DNA of 62,380 bases, counting the filler, from Choristocarpus tenellus KU-1152 (lineage: Eukaryota; Protista; Phaeophyceae), in assembly GCA_964200185.2 (NCBI GenBank). It is 8 parts of 8 records of this genome, joined end to end, with 100 filler letters (N's around TTAATTAATTAA, not from the genome) between each part and the next. Parts side by side here need not be neighbours in the genome. Positions count along the whole stretch, not along the records: positions 6,339 to 18,063 come from CAXNAD020002166.1; positions 18,164 to 21,080 come from CAXNAD020023668.1; positions 21,181 to 27,360 come from CAXNAD020008747.1; 5 more parts are not named here. One strand, 5' to 3'. The notes below the pieces were generated by a model. It had not been told where the DNA came from, ran no database searches, and worked only from the letters and a program-made list of their open reading frames with translations. A program made the position numbers and the translations under genes. This document shows, piece by piece, positions 12,631-24,705 of this stretch. Numbering within the stretch: position 1 is the stretch's first letter; each line of letters begins with the position of its first letter.

Positions 12631-15241
12631 ATGGGTAACAGGGAAGTACAGTGGGTTTGTGGAAGGAGGTACGGCTTGCTGCTATTGGTGGCGTGGGGTG
12701 TAAGAGATGTGTCCGCCTTCATGACGCCTACCTCAACCCTGCACGGGGGACGAGGAAGTACTTCCATCCACGAGTGCAAGTGCCAGGATGTAAGGATCGA
12801 TGCAAGAGGTCGACGTTGGAGACAGGGTACCAGGACCAGGGAGACATTGGGAGACCATTGTAGGGGGGGAGGTGTGGGCCGTGAGGGATCGTATGCCCCC
12901 CTGCTCCATGCAATAGGAAAGGGTGAGGATTCATGGCTGGAGGCCCTGCGAGAGTCTGGAGGAGACTCTAACCAACCAGTGGGACCAAGAAAGGTAGTTG
13001 GACCGGTTGTGACGTTTTTTTCCTTCGCTCACCCATTCTCTACCTCGAGTCAGGCAATTTGCCATCCTCCACTGGGCATATCCCCCTCGGAGAATTTTGA
13101 TATAAGATGCTCTATCTGAGTACTGAAGGCATAGGTGGTAGCTCTCGATCGTGTGTAGGCACTCCTTTCAAGACTCACCTCAATCTCACCAAAAATACCA
13201 TCACCACACCAATGGCAAAATACAATTGTCCCACATCTTATGTCCACCCGCTTTGATTAAGTTGTTGCTCACACTTTCCCTCAATATTCAGATGTCAGGA
13301 CTTTCCGGTCCAGGGGGTGTGATGGACCAGCGCGTAGCACATAATAACGCGCTAAAAGAATGGCTTGGAGAAAATGGGGTGTGGGTCTACGAACGAAGCG
13401 ACTGGGGGGAGGCCCCACATGTCCTTTCTGTGGCGGTGAGGAAAAACCGAAGTTGTATATAGTATAATCCGTTTCGAGTGCCCCTTGGGATGTACACTGA
13501 TCACTCCAGGCCGTGATGTTGCACCCAAACTGTGCAATGGGTGTCCAAGGGGCTGTGAGGCTAGGGTGATGGACTGGAAGAGAGGGGAGGGATGAGGAAA
13601 TATTTTAAATGTACTCCCTACTACCTCGTACCGTGAATACGCTTGGGTCACAACCCTTTGCCAAGTTCGTTTGTTGGTTCTGACTTTAGTACGGGGTTGG
13701 CCTATGATATCAGTGTTGGTGTTGTGTATGTGCGGTAATCTGAAAGTTTGAATTGGTCAAACTTTGCTCACGGATAGCAATGCTGCAACATCTGACACCC
13801 TTACTCATTCAACTCAATGGTTGCAGTCTCCGTGTCTCCAAAAAGCTTGATGGCTGCCACCACCACACTTTTGACAGGTGGACACCGTGGATGAAGCTGA
13901 GAATGAAACAGCAGGCCGGGGTATGATGTGCAATCGCGAAATAAAGCAAGGGGATGAGCTATTTTCCCTCCCACTCAAACTCCTACTTACCAAGGAGAGG
14001 GCCAAGGAGGTATGTAGACTATTGGTCTTTATCAGAATACCCTCATACTGGTTGTGACACTGTGAGGAGGCCACAGGAATCGTGTTACAGGAATCCAGAA
14101 TGTGGAGCAGGAACCACAGGCTATGACTAGAAGGACTTGTGAATATATCTACTTTGCCCTGGGTGGGATCTCTGGCAAAAGTAGCATCTGCAAAGCCCCA
14201 TGTTCTATTTTTGTCCCTGTCTTGCTATGCGTTAATGTGTTTTTGTTATGAGAGTTTTTTAGTTGCCTTGAGGTTCCCATTTTTGCATGCCCAGCCCTAC
14301 ACAGTCCTTCCATGAGCAGGGTCATTTGAATGGTCATGTGAATGGTCATGTGAATGATCACCAACAATATTTTCTGCCTCTCCTGTGTGTAAAGTCACTC
14401 AAGTCATCTGATCTTGAGGGTATTGATATCTCATCTTGTGTGGTATTCCCTTCACTGCAGATGACCTCCCAATAGTCAGTAAGGGGCATCTTGACGTGCA
14501 TGCCCATTTTACTTGCAAGGTTGTTATAGCGATGGAAGTACATCTCTCTCTCTCTCTCTCTCTTTAGTGCCAACTACTGATTTTCTGTCTTAGTGGTCTC
14601 ATGTCTGCAATAACCTTCTGTGCCTACTGCCATATTGATTGGGTTGTGCACGCCTTCCCTGTGTGACATGTTTCATTTCAATTTTCTATCAATGCATGTG
14701 TATTTGGGTATGTTTCAGGAGTTTGGTCCAGAAGTGATCACAGAGGACCTGAGTGAGTACATTGCCATTGCATTGCTGTTGGTTGGCGAAAGGGCCAAGG
14801 GTGGTGCCAGCTTCTGGAAGGCGTACATTGATGTTCTACCCACCCTAGAGGAGGTGAATGTGTAAGGGCTATTGTGCATTCACCAAACCCATCATGCGGT
14901 CTTTCCCTATCCCTAACTTGTGACTCCTGTTCTTACTCACTGTATGTGTAGAATACCTTGAGTACAGCTACTATGTAATAGTTGTCTAATAGTATAGCAG
15001 TAGGGTTTTATTTATACCCTAGTACTTGAATCTTTGCTGATTCGGCAATATCTCCACCTACCAGCTCACTTGCATCATATCAAGCAATATCATATCAAGC
15101 AATATCATATCAAGCAATATCATATCAAGCAATATGCCTCGAACAAAATGTATCGAATTGGAGAAGAAGGCAGGACCGAGTGCTGACTTGGTTGTTCCTG
15201 TCCCCTCTTTTGTGACTGAAACTGTCGCCGTGTGGAGAGGG

Positions 15242-15276
<35 letters not shown>

Positions 15277-16979
15277 ATATGTATTATATGTATTATATGT
15301 ATTATGTTAATATTATACTAGTACAAGAACGATGTGCTCCAGGCTTGGAACATGAGGGAGAATATGGGGGAGTTTTTCTATTGCAAATTTTAGAATTTTC
15401 TTCTTGTAACTGAAATTGTAAGCCTGTTCTGATATCCTGCGCGGTAAAATCCTCCCTTTTTGGAACCAATTCCAAAAACAGGAGTACCACAGTTACTAAA
15501 AACAAAAAACTCCTCAAGGTCAACAGAATGTGGCCTGTACAGGCACAGGTATGCTGGCCTTGCTAGTGACTGCTGGGACCTGTCAACTGGAAAAAAAAAA
15601 TTGGCGCTGAATATTTTTTGGAGTAGACCTGCATTTTGGGGCAACACCATGATATCCCCTGCATATGAGAGATTTATTTGTTCCTGGCAAGTCAGATCTT
15701 CCATGACAGTCATGGGTTCCAGTGATATCTAGTGGGTAGTGGGTATGTTGTGTGTGATCGCTAGTCAATGAAGAATATCTATGGTGCTGATCTTGTGTCT
15801 GTGGATGTTTCCCAGATCATGAGGGGAGAGTAGGTGGTGATAGATGCCAATTGGGTTCATAAATATTCTTGCTTGTACACGGTTAAATGAGAACATAAGA
15901 CACTAGGGTTTCAATTTTGAGAACATAAGACCATTGGAATGGCCTGTACGTCACATTGAGAGTTGGTGGGATGCGTTCTCTCTCGGTATCTTTATTATTA
16001 TTATTATTACTATTTTTATTTATACCCGTGTACCACTGTCTTTGGTACTTTGTAGATGATAGCACAGACACTAAGAAATGAGAGGAGTTGTTACTCCATG
16101 TTGTGGCGGGTTCCTTGAGGCAATGAGTGCTAACAGGAGTGCACTCCTCTACTGACCTGGGATGTAAGTGCTTGAGTATGTACTTTGTTCTGGTGGTGTG
16201 CGGCTTTGCAAATTGAGGAGGCGTTTTAGCGTGTTAGCTCTTCGTTCCTTTTGGCCTTGTCCAGGGATAGTAATTGGGTTAGCAGTCCCGGCTGTGGATG
16301 AAGTTCTGGAAGGAGTTCACAACATAGCTAACACTCTGTACTCGAATATGCATTTGTTTATTTTATATTTTATATGTTATTCTGCTTCTAGGTATGTGGA
16401 TGATTTTTTATGTGACCCAAGGGAGGGCTTTCAACAGACTAGTGTGTCCATCAATGCCTTGGTTTGTTATGCTTAAGAAATGGGTGTTATGCCAGAAAAT
16501 TGTGATTTTTTTACTTATTCAACCCTGCTCACTCTCCCCTATATATTTTTTCTAGAGTTACTGAACTGGGATATGAGTGTTGTGTGCTTGTTTTTGGTAT
16601 ATGTGAAAACAAACCTAACTTTCAATTAGTAGTGTCAATGGTATCAAGTAGGGTTACAAAGGTCCCTCACCTTATGTATGGTGAAAATCAAGGATTTAAT
16701 ATAGTAGGTACATAAGTACTATCAACGTTTTTTTAATTAATAACAATGGTTAAGCTGAAAAGTCACATATTAATAGTAGAAAAATCCACTCAGGCCTTAC
16801 TGCACTAAACACACAACCACACCCACACATGTCAGGTTTATCCAACATACGTCTGGTCAGAGGAAGACCTTGCAGTGATGGAGGGGTCGCCTGTCATAGC
16901 AGCCACAGCATCCATGCGTCGAAAGCTGTCAGGGGAGTACAAGGATGTGAATCAAAGCATTATTTCCAAGTACCCACAG
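12631..16979 (+). CDS. Rubisco LSMT-type SET-domain lysine methyltransferase, probably plastid-targeted; 3' part beyond contig end
   Basis: Exons 12631-12993, 13292-13435, 13878-14009, 14719-14853 and 16836-16979, with all junctions phase 0 and GT-AG. Leader LLLLVAWGVRDVSAF (ASAFAP-like), then LKEWLGENGV..., AGRGMMCNREIKQGDELFSLPLKLLLT, SFWKAYIDVLPTLEE|VYPTYVWSEEDLAVMEGSPVIAAT. Confidence 0.9.
15076..15135. repeat. Minisatellite (CATATCAAGCAATAT)x4
   Basis: Four exact 15-bp copies in an LSMT intron. An (ATT)n run lies nearby at about 15244-15274. Confidence 0.95.
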
Positions 16980-17439
16980 GTGAAAGGGCAGGCCAATCAA
17001 AAAAGCCTATATCAATCAAAGCCTTCGAGGTCCCTGCACTCCCCCACCCCTCCTCCCTGCCACACTCACCCAGTAAACTTCTATGGAGGTTGAAGGGGCA
17101 CCAATAGGTCTAGAGAAGGAAATCCTATGTACTATGAGGGCTATCCTCAATATGTATATATTCTTTTATTTCTGCAGTATGAGAGGTATTCAACATTGGG
17201 GGGGGGTTTTCTATAATTTTATTTTTTTTTTTTTTTTTGGAAAGTGGGGGGGGAATAAAAAGGGGGGGGGGGGGGGGGGGGGGTCAGGTGATGGCTGAGT
17301 GAGATAGTCTGTTTTAGGAGTAGGGAATTCTTGTACATGAGCGAGGACCCATGGTTTCATGGCATGCTATGGAGGCAGTGTTGTGTTTTATGTGGATGCA
17401 TGCCCTGTGGATGCATGCCCTGTGTATGGCATAGCATGC

Positions 17440-17570
17440 GAAATGACATCTTGATTCCACCCCTTAAGGGTGCGCTTGGTCTATAGTGCACAAGGGTGTA
17501 CCTGTATTGTCTACCTGTATTGTTTCTGTATGATTTCAGTATGGCACCAGGCCCATGCATACAAAACAAA
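17440..17570 (-). pseudogene. Short decayed LINE (RTE-like) fragment
   Basis: Minus-strand YRYTLVHYRPSAPLRGGIKM resembles the YTLELYDRPSAPLELKIRM-type segment of RTE-like reverse transcriptase C-termini, which is also seen decayed at 38.5 kb. Confidence 0.4.
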
Positions 17571-17789
17571 ATCTGTGGAAGTAGTGCAGGGCCCAGTATT
17601 TACACAGTATTTACATAGTATTTAAAACAAATATCTTGATAGATGAAAAGTGAAGAGTTGATACCATGGCAACTGTGTACACAAAATGACCAAATTGTGA
17701 GTTAGTAACTCTGAAGACGAAGCCTGGTGGATGTGTATGTATGTGAGGCTGCCACTATAAAAGGTTGGATTGTCATTTAATGATTAAAT

Positions 17790-17950
17790 TCTTAGGTAAG
17801 ACATGAAATATTTTGATTTCTATGTTGGATTATGTAGTAAAATATTCCAGTTTAGTAGTAGTTATACTCTTAGGTAAGACATGAAATATTTTGATTTCTA
17901 TGTTGGATTATGTAGTAAAACATTTCAGTTTAGTAGTAGTTATACTCTTG
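17790..17950. repeat. Tandem duplication, 78-bp unit x2
   Basis: CTTAGGTAAGACATGAAATATTTTG...GTTATACT starts at 17791 and again at 17869. Confidence 0.95.
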
Positions 17951-18063
17951 CATTGCCTTTTGACCTTAGTTCCTATTTGAAGTACTTTGTGTATCATCAC
18001 CACACCACACCACAAAAACCTTTGTTCTAGTTCCTCGCACCCCTCTAACCCCCCCCCCCCCCC

Positions 18064-18163
18064 NNNNNNNNNNNNNNNNNNNNNNNNNNNNNNNNNNNNN
18101 NNNNNNNTTAATTAATTAANNNNNNNNNNNNNNNNNNNNNNNNNNNNNNNNNNNNNNNNNNNN
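18064..18163. other. Artificial contig spacer
   Basis: Same 100-bp N/TTAATTAATTAA/N linker. Confidence 0.99.
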
Positions 18164-20289
18164 CCTATCACATAATCCACCAGTGGTGTCTATAGTGTAT
18201 CAGCAGCACTATCTACGAACACTACATAGATCGGCTGCTACATCCGTGGGAGGAACTTCGAAATCCTTGTCATCCGCTGAGCTGTACTTGCTGCTTGGCG
18301 ACCAATTCAAGCGACGCAGATTGGTACTCCAGAAGGCCAGCAAGTGGGCAACCTTGGGTCTTACTGCAACTTCTTGGATGTAGACTCAACCAGTGTATTT
18401 GCCCCAGGAAGGGACAATAAGAAGCAGGAGGCAAGGCAAAAATGGTTAACGATGAAGATATCCTTCATTTGAAAGGTGTGGGATATCAACAGATGGAGCC
18501 CTAGTTCCAAGGCAATCGTGTGTTGACAGGGTTGTAGTGAAGAATAATTGTGCCTTTTGTAGACTACATGCTTGCACCAGGAGGATCAAACAACATCAGC
18601 GAGCTTGATATTTTCAATGCGCATCATTTGTGCACTATGCAATTCTTGTGTTCCATGAAATTCTCCATCAGACTTTGTCTCATCAAAGATCATCTGTTTG
18701 GAATTTTCAGCGAACTTGATAACAACTTTTTGCTGTCAATGGAGAAGATTGATATATTGAGCAGTTTTTTTCTTCAATAGAATAATAGATGTGTTAAGTG
18801 AGTGTGTGGTTGGTTGTTTTACTTGCTTCACAACTCTGCATGAAGTTCACAAGATGATATCAACAAACTCCTAAATGTACTATTATTTGGCATGTTTTGT
18901 TGTTCTCGTCATAAATTATACGATCAACATTGGAACTTCCTTTTCATCACAGAAGAACCACGTTTCAACATCCAAGACACTGTCTGCAAGCTACTCAACT
19001 CGCTCCTAATGGTTGTTTTTCTCGCCAAGGCCAAGGTGAATCTTTCAGGTTTCAGTGTTGGGTGAAGCATGATTATGGGCATGCTGCCTCGGGGTGTGAT
19101 TCTCCGTAGAATGGCAGTCTGCTCTTGCACCACGGGAAGGTCTGTTCACTCTGGCCTTGCATTGCTAAAGTGGCCCGCTTAATCAAACAGTCGTGGGAGC
19201 TTCAAGGTGTTGGACATTGTGTAGTCATGTTTTTTCTTATAGACTTCTTGATTTCATTTACCACCGAGCGCGCACTTAAACATGGACAGACATTCCACGT
19301 ATGTGCTGTGCCATGATGGAAACCTACACTGATAGCTATCGATTCAAGGCGGATGAGGGACATGGGTGGGTTTAGATACCAGCCTCAGTGATGGAATTCA
19401 AATTTCAAGAGAGTGTCCCAGTCTGCAGTACGGGAGCTCTGCCATACATATGAACTTCGAGGACTTGTACATATCTGACATAGTTGACGTAATATTATTG
19501 TATTATTTAATGCTGAATTTGAGTTGACTAAGCACAGGAATATTGTACTTTACAACTACTTGATTGAAGGATGAAGAATAGGGATGCTGGAGAGTGGGGC
19601 GGAAGCCTGGCCTACTATAACAGTGAGTGTCAATCCCAAACCTTACTTCACACCTTGAACTCAACAATCCTCCGCAGTCGACGTTAGCATATTTGTAATC
19701 TCGTGCGGACTCAATTCCTTGGAGATGTCCCACTCCAAGGGTTTCTCGATTATCACCACTAGATTCACACCGACCCCTTCTTTCCTGGATGCTGTCTCTC
19801 ACTGAGTCATCATTATCACATTGGCAAGAAGACTTTTGGCGCAACACAATTTTAACTTTCCTTAACACATATGCATTACCATTACTGCTGCTGAAGAAGT
19901 GTTACAGCACGCTCCAAAGCATACTTCCACGGGATGTATAGCTCCAATCCACAGACCTATGGATGGCGCTGATATCTGTACATGACTCCAGAGATACTCA
20001 GTCAAAAGGTCCAAAGAGGATGGTAAATATCAGGTCAGTAGATGAAGGTATACTTTCATTCAATGTAAGTGTGAGACACATGGATTTAAAGAAAGTGACT
20101 GGTAGGTGCCAGCAACCATCAATCCATTTCGAGCTCACAGACGCCATAATACACCTGAAAAACGTTTTATTAAGTAACAGATCTTACTCTGCAACTTTTA
20201 GCAAATCGGAGTTCCCTCTATTAGGTTCCACGCACCCGTTACTGCTTGCACTGGTTAGAGCGTGAGAAAAAAATACTTAGTGCTATAGG

Positions 20290-20445
20290 CGAGTAGCGCG
20301 AGCGTTTCTTTTGTTCCAACAAAGTGGGAGCATTTGTTACACGTGAATAGCGCGAGCATTTCTTGTCATGTTTTAGCAAACACGAACATTTGTGACAGAC
20401 GTATAGTGTGAGGATTGTCTCTCGCGTTCTAACAACTGCGAACAA
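20290..20445. repeat. Diverged tandem repeat of about 55 bp x3
   Basis: Units begin TAGCGCGAGCGTTTCTT, TAGCGCGAGCATTTCTT and TAGTGTGAGGATTGTCT. Confidence 0.55.
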
Positions 20446-20637
20446 TATACGATATTAGTAACACATAGGTAACCGTACAGAATAAATGACGATTTCATAG
20501 GAGATACAGAGTAAGATACGGAATACATAGGTAACATTACAGAAGAAAATGTCAAAGTCTCTAAGAAGTTGCAGAAGAAAGGTTTATACTTGTAGAGCAG
20601 TTGCATAGAAGAACAAAAAGAAATTGGGAGAGATGTC

Positions 20638-20878
20638 GATCATTTGTTGGAAATATCTGGTTAATTTGGAACCAAGGTCCCTGTGTTGGAAGCAACTGAC
20701 AAGTTTTGAACTGTAGCCCCTCTTTTGTTTGATGGCAACCATCACCTCCGATCACGCTCTAGCAGCATGATGGGTTGGTTGCCATCAAACAAGAGAGGGG
20801 CTCCAGTTCCAAACTTGCCGGTTGTTTTCAACATAGGGGCTCCAGTTCCAAATTAACCCATGGATTCCAACAATGATC
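20638..20878. repeat. Fold-back inverted repeat, about 103-bp arms and 35-bp loop
   Basis: 20638-20741 pairs with 20776-20878, for example TTGTTTGATGGCAACCA / TGGTTGCCATCAAACAA and GGTTAATTTGGAAC / GTTCCAAATTAACC. Confidence 0.9.
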
Positions 20879-21080
20879 AACAATCCCCTCGTTTCCTTTG
20901 AGAACGGATCCTCAAAAGACGTACGGCACAGTCAAGATCAATATATGTCTGACCAGATAGGAGTATATACCTTTATTAAAAAATATGTAACTCCAACTAG
21001 CCCCTAAACAGGTCAACAAATATCCTTAACCTGGGAAAACTTTCCCAAGGGTCATAGAATATCATTAGAGTCAGATTGCC

Positions 21081-21180
21081 NNNNNNNNNNNNNNNNNNNN
21101 NNNNNNNNNNNNNNNNNNNNNNNNTTAATTAATTAANNNNNNNNNNNNNNNNNNNNNNNNNNNNNNNNNNNNNNNNNNNN
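21081..21180. other. Artificial contig spacer
   Basis: Same linker. Confidence 0.99.
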
Positions 21181-21400
21181 ATCACACAGTGGTATGATTT
21201 TTTTTTGTTACACCCACCGCAGGGGTGTCCCTCACCCCTTTTTAGTGATCCAACACCCCCCCCCCCCCCCCCCACATCCTGGTGACAATCTCCAATTTCA
21301 GAGGAAAATCATCAATCACACGAAACTTTGGGCTCCACTTTATCCCCTGCGCATCTATGCTAACACAGTTGTGCTCATTGACGCTAACTCCACCTCACCC

Positions 21401-24400
21401 TTATCCTCTTGCACAACTTGGTCGTTCAGGTGCAGGATCTACACGAAGCTCCCTTCGCACCTCATCCACCGTCATCTCCCAACGCCGCTCATACCAAACA
21501 CAAATCAACGACCTGGCACGCCTCCCAGTCCTAAGAGCCCAAGGCAAATAAGTCCCATTGAGGACTTCTCGACTACCATGTCGGCTCTTAGACTCATCCT
21601 TGCTCTCACCCCCTGGTCCATTTCTTCCCCCTGCCGATGACCCCTCTTGTACATCTTTTCCCCAATGTTTCATGACCCCAGAATTTTCTCGTGGCTCATG
21701 GCGAGGGAGGGCAAGGGGGCCAAAAACTGCACTGAGAGCACAGACAGGGAGACCAGTCTGGACAAGTTCGAACCACTTCAGCGCCAGCTCTGCCTCAACT
21801 GTTGGAGGCAGTCCACTTAGAACGTGCCACAGATCATGCACCTCGCGATACCTGACACAAGCATGTATTAACAAAAATAAAATATATAGAACATGTATGT
21901 AGTGGGTGAGGCAAGACAATAGCAGTAGAGTGGGATAGGGAAAAGGAAGCATAGAGAGTCAAGCAATGTCTACTCCTACCTCGGTGCTAGAAAGGTGTTG
22001 GAGGTATCATACATGAGATGAAACAGAGTTCACCAGAATCTTCTGGAGCAAGCAGAGTCAGAGAGACCTCTCGGATACATGTGCACCAAAAAATATTCAA
22101 AGGGTGGCGAGACATCTGTACTTTGCATAGTACACCTGGCATCCAGTCATCTAGGTAACCAAATACTAAGAAGTTATTTTAGCTTAAATCCTATTGTCAA
22201 ACAGAAAATTACATTTGCACCATTCCTCCAAACATACAGTCTGGTAGAGCAAGGTGCTTTCGTAAGCAAAACGACAAACCAGTTCTACTGAGACAGGTAT
22301 AAGGAGGTAAGTCAGGTAACGCAAACATGATCAACAAAAGATATCTCCAATAAGATCAAGGGGATACAAATCAATGTGTAATCAGGGGGTTGAGCATGCA
22401 CCAAGTGGGTTAGGAGGAGTGACTCTTTGCCATATAGGTGCCCTGTCTCTCACGACAACAAACACCTCACCTCTGCATCACATAAGCAAGATCAGGGTCA
22501 TCCACAAAACGCACTTGACTCCGACTGTCCGGTGAGAAACCGTACTTGCCCATAAAATCTGAGTATGATCTACCCAGCGAACCTTTCGGGAGTGCCTTCA
22601 GATAGCAGGAGAGGTTAAGAGGGGATAAAATGGGTCATGGTGACTTGATGCTGAAAAATTCATCCAACAACTACTAGTTAAACATTTTACTGGTGAAGGG
22701 GGGAAGGACAACAAAGATGGAACTATGAGAGAATTACAAATACAACCTTGGATTGCTTATCCCTTCGGTATGCAGTATGAACTTGGCACGACAACTACTA
22801 ATCATATGTCTAGTATGCTCGAGTATATACTAAGCATGCTTACATGTATGTGTTTGTATGGGATTGCTTATGAAAAACAATGGATTTACCTGGACTTGTG
22901 CAAACACCTGCTCCTCTAAGAGAGATGCCTCTCATGAGCTTTTTCAGCACCTTCAGAGATTTGACCTCTAACAAAATACAAGAAACGCATCCCAACACGA
23001 GTACAACTATAAGCATGCAGAGCTCTAGAGTATTTTGGCACTTGTCATTGTAGGTACGTTCCATACAATTGGAGCTCAATCTGCGATGTCCAAGACTTAC
23101 GGGAGGTCTTGCCATGTTGTGTTTCCTTGGAAGGTTCCAAGCCTAATCCACCAGAAAATCACAGAGCATCTTTGTTGCCTCTCCTCTCTCTCGACTACTC
23201 TTGCTGGGAAAGGTGCACTACAATCAGATCAGCTCCATTGACCCTCCTTTCACATTCATTCCCCAATCAAAAGTCAATCAGAAAAAAAATGGAATGAAAC
23301 ACAACTTTGTGTACAGGTACAATCCAGGAAGTCCACACCCTTGCCAGGATACTTGCTTCTCAATATGGAATAGTCCCAACAAGTATTTTAAACCGGTGTG
23401 TGCACAGCCATTAGGCTTCATTACTCTTTGGACGAGACCATGGGTAAGCCTTAAACTATTCATACCTGACGATAATGCGTGCAAGGTGTTCCCACCACCC
23501 AAACTGAAGAAACCCCTATAGACAGAATTTCGTTGCGTACAGTTACCACCAATTAACGAGCTACTATTACGAGGGACTCAATTATATCCACCTACCCTCC
23601 ATGGTACATGCTTGAAGCCTCACCGCAAGGCCGGGTAGGTCCAATGTTGCCTCGTTGATGACGGGACGGGCTCGCAGCACCTGAAGACCTTCTGGATCTA
23701 GAAGCATAGTCCTGCCATAGTCAACCCCAACAAGAGTGGGGGTATCAGTGACATATCTCATCAAATCCTTCATGCAGAGAAGCAGAGGTAATGTCAACAA
23801 CAGAATCTTCGTACTTTAGGCGAGAGTTGTAGGAACCAAAGCAACCATGGATCGGAGGTCTCGGTACCAACCGGCGCAACCGATGTTCTCCCACAATCTC
23901 AAAGGTATTGACGGTGTTATGACAAGTGCCGACACTCAGCACGATCAATTTCTGAAATTGTACGTGCAACACTGAACCTCCCCATCTCTGCTGGCCCCCA
24001 ACCCTTAAGTACGTTTCTCCAATCAGTGATCATATACATGTACATTGGGGGTCGGGTGCTCACCGATGCAGCCGCTCAAGTGCCATGCGACCCGTTACCT
24101 CCCCCAGAGCCGCCACCATATCAGCACGTTTGGAGTCGCGAAGGGCGGACAACGCTGCATACCCCGCCACAGTCAAGCGCTGCAATGGTGTCGTAGGAGC
24201 ATGGGAAGAGTAAAGTGCAGGTCCTTCAGGTGGCCCCGAGGCAGATGAAACTTGAGCCAGACCACGAGAGCCTGGAAGATGGCAATGCTTCGAGCATGAC
24301 CGGACGCTGGAGAAGAGTAGACAACTGGCTCTATCTCTGCCATTGACAAACAAAGTTGAGCAAGACAAAGCGACTGACAACAGAGCACAACACAGCGAGG

Positions 24401-24448
24401 AGTTGGGTCAGAACAACCTATTTGAAAGGTTTTACGAAGTTGCAGCAT
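21401..24448 (-). CDS. COQ4: Ubiquinone biosynthesis protein COQ4
   Basis: An exon ending at 24064, then 23711-23624, 22595-22471 and 21851-21401. Translation: RADMVAALGEVTG...|RTMLLDPEGLQVLRARPVI...|ALPKGSLGRSYSDFM...VRFVDDPDLAYVMQ|RYREVHDLWHVLSGLPPTVEAELALKWFELVQTGLP, containing the HDxxH-x11-E motif. The start at 24448 is tentative and requires a short first intron. Confidence 0.95.
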
Positions 24449-24705
24449 ACCATGATCTTGGTGTGCGATAGGACAACACAATGCAACCCATATTTGTCAG
24501 ATACCTCGACTTCCAGTTGTCATGGTGTAACCAGTTGTGATTTATTGTTTTGATACTAAAGGTCGATGTCGAAGACGGTCGATGTATGTAATTTGGCGGT
24601 CGGTCAATGTCAAAAACATGGATGACGGTTTTCTCACATCAAAGGAGAAGAAAACGCAAAGAGTGTGCAAAAGGAGGAAGAAGTGCAATTTAAGTAATCT
24701 TTCTC

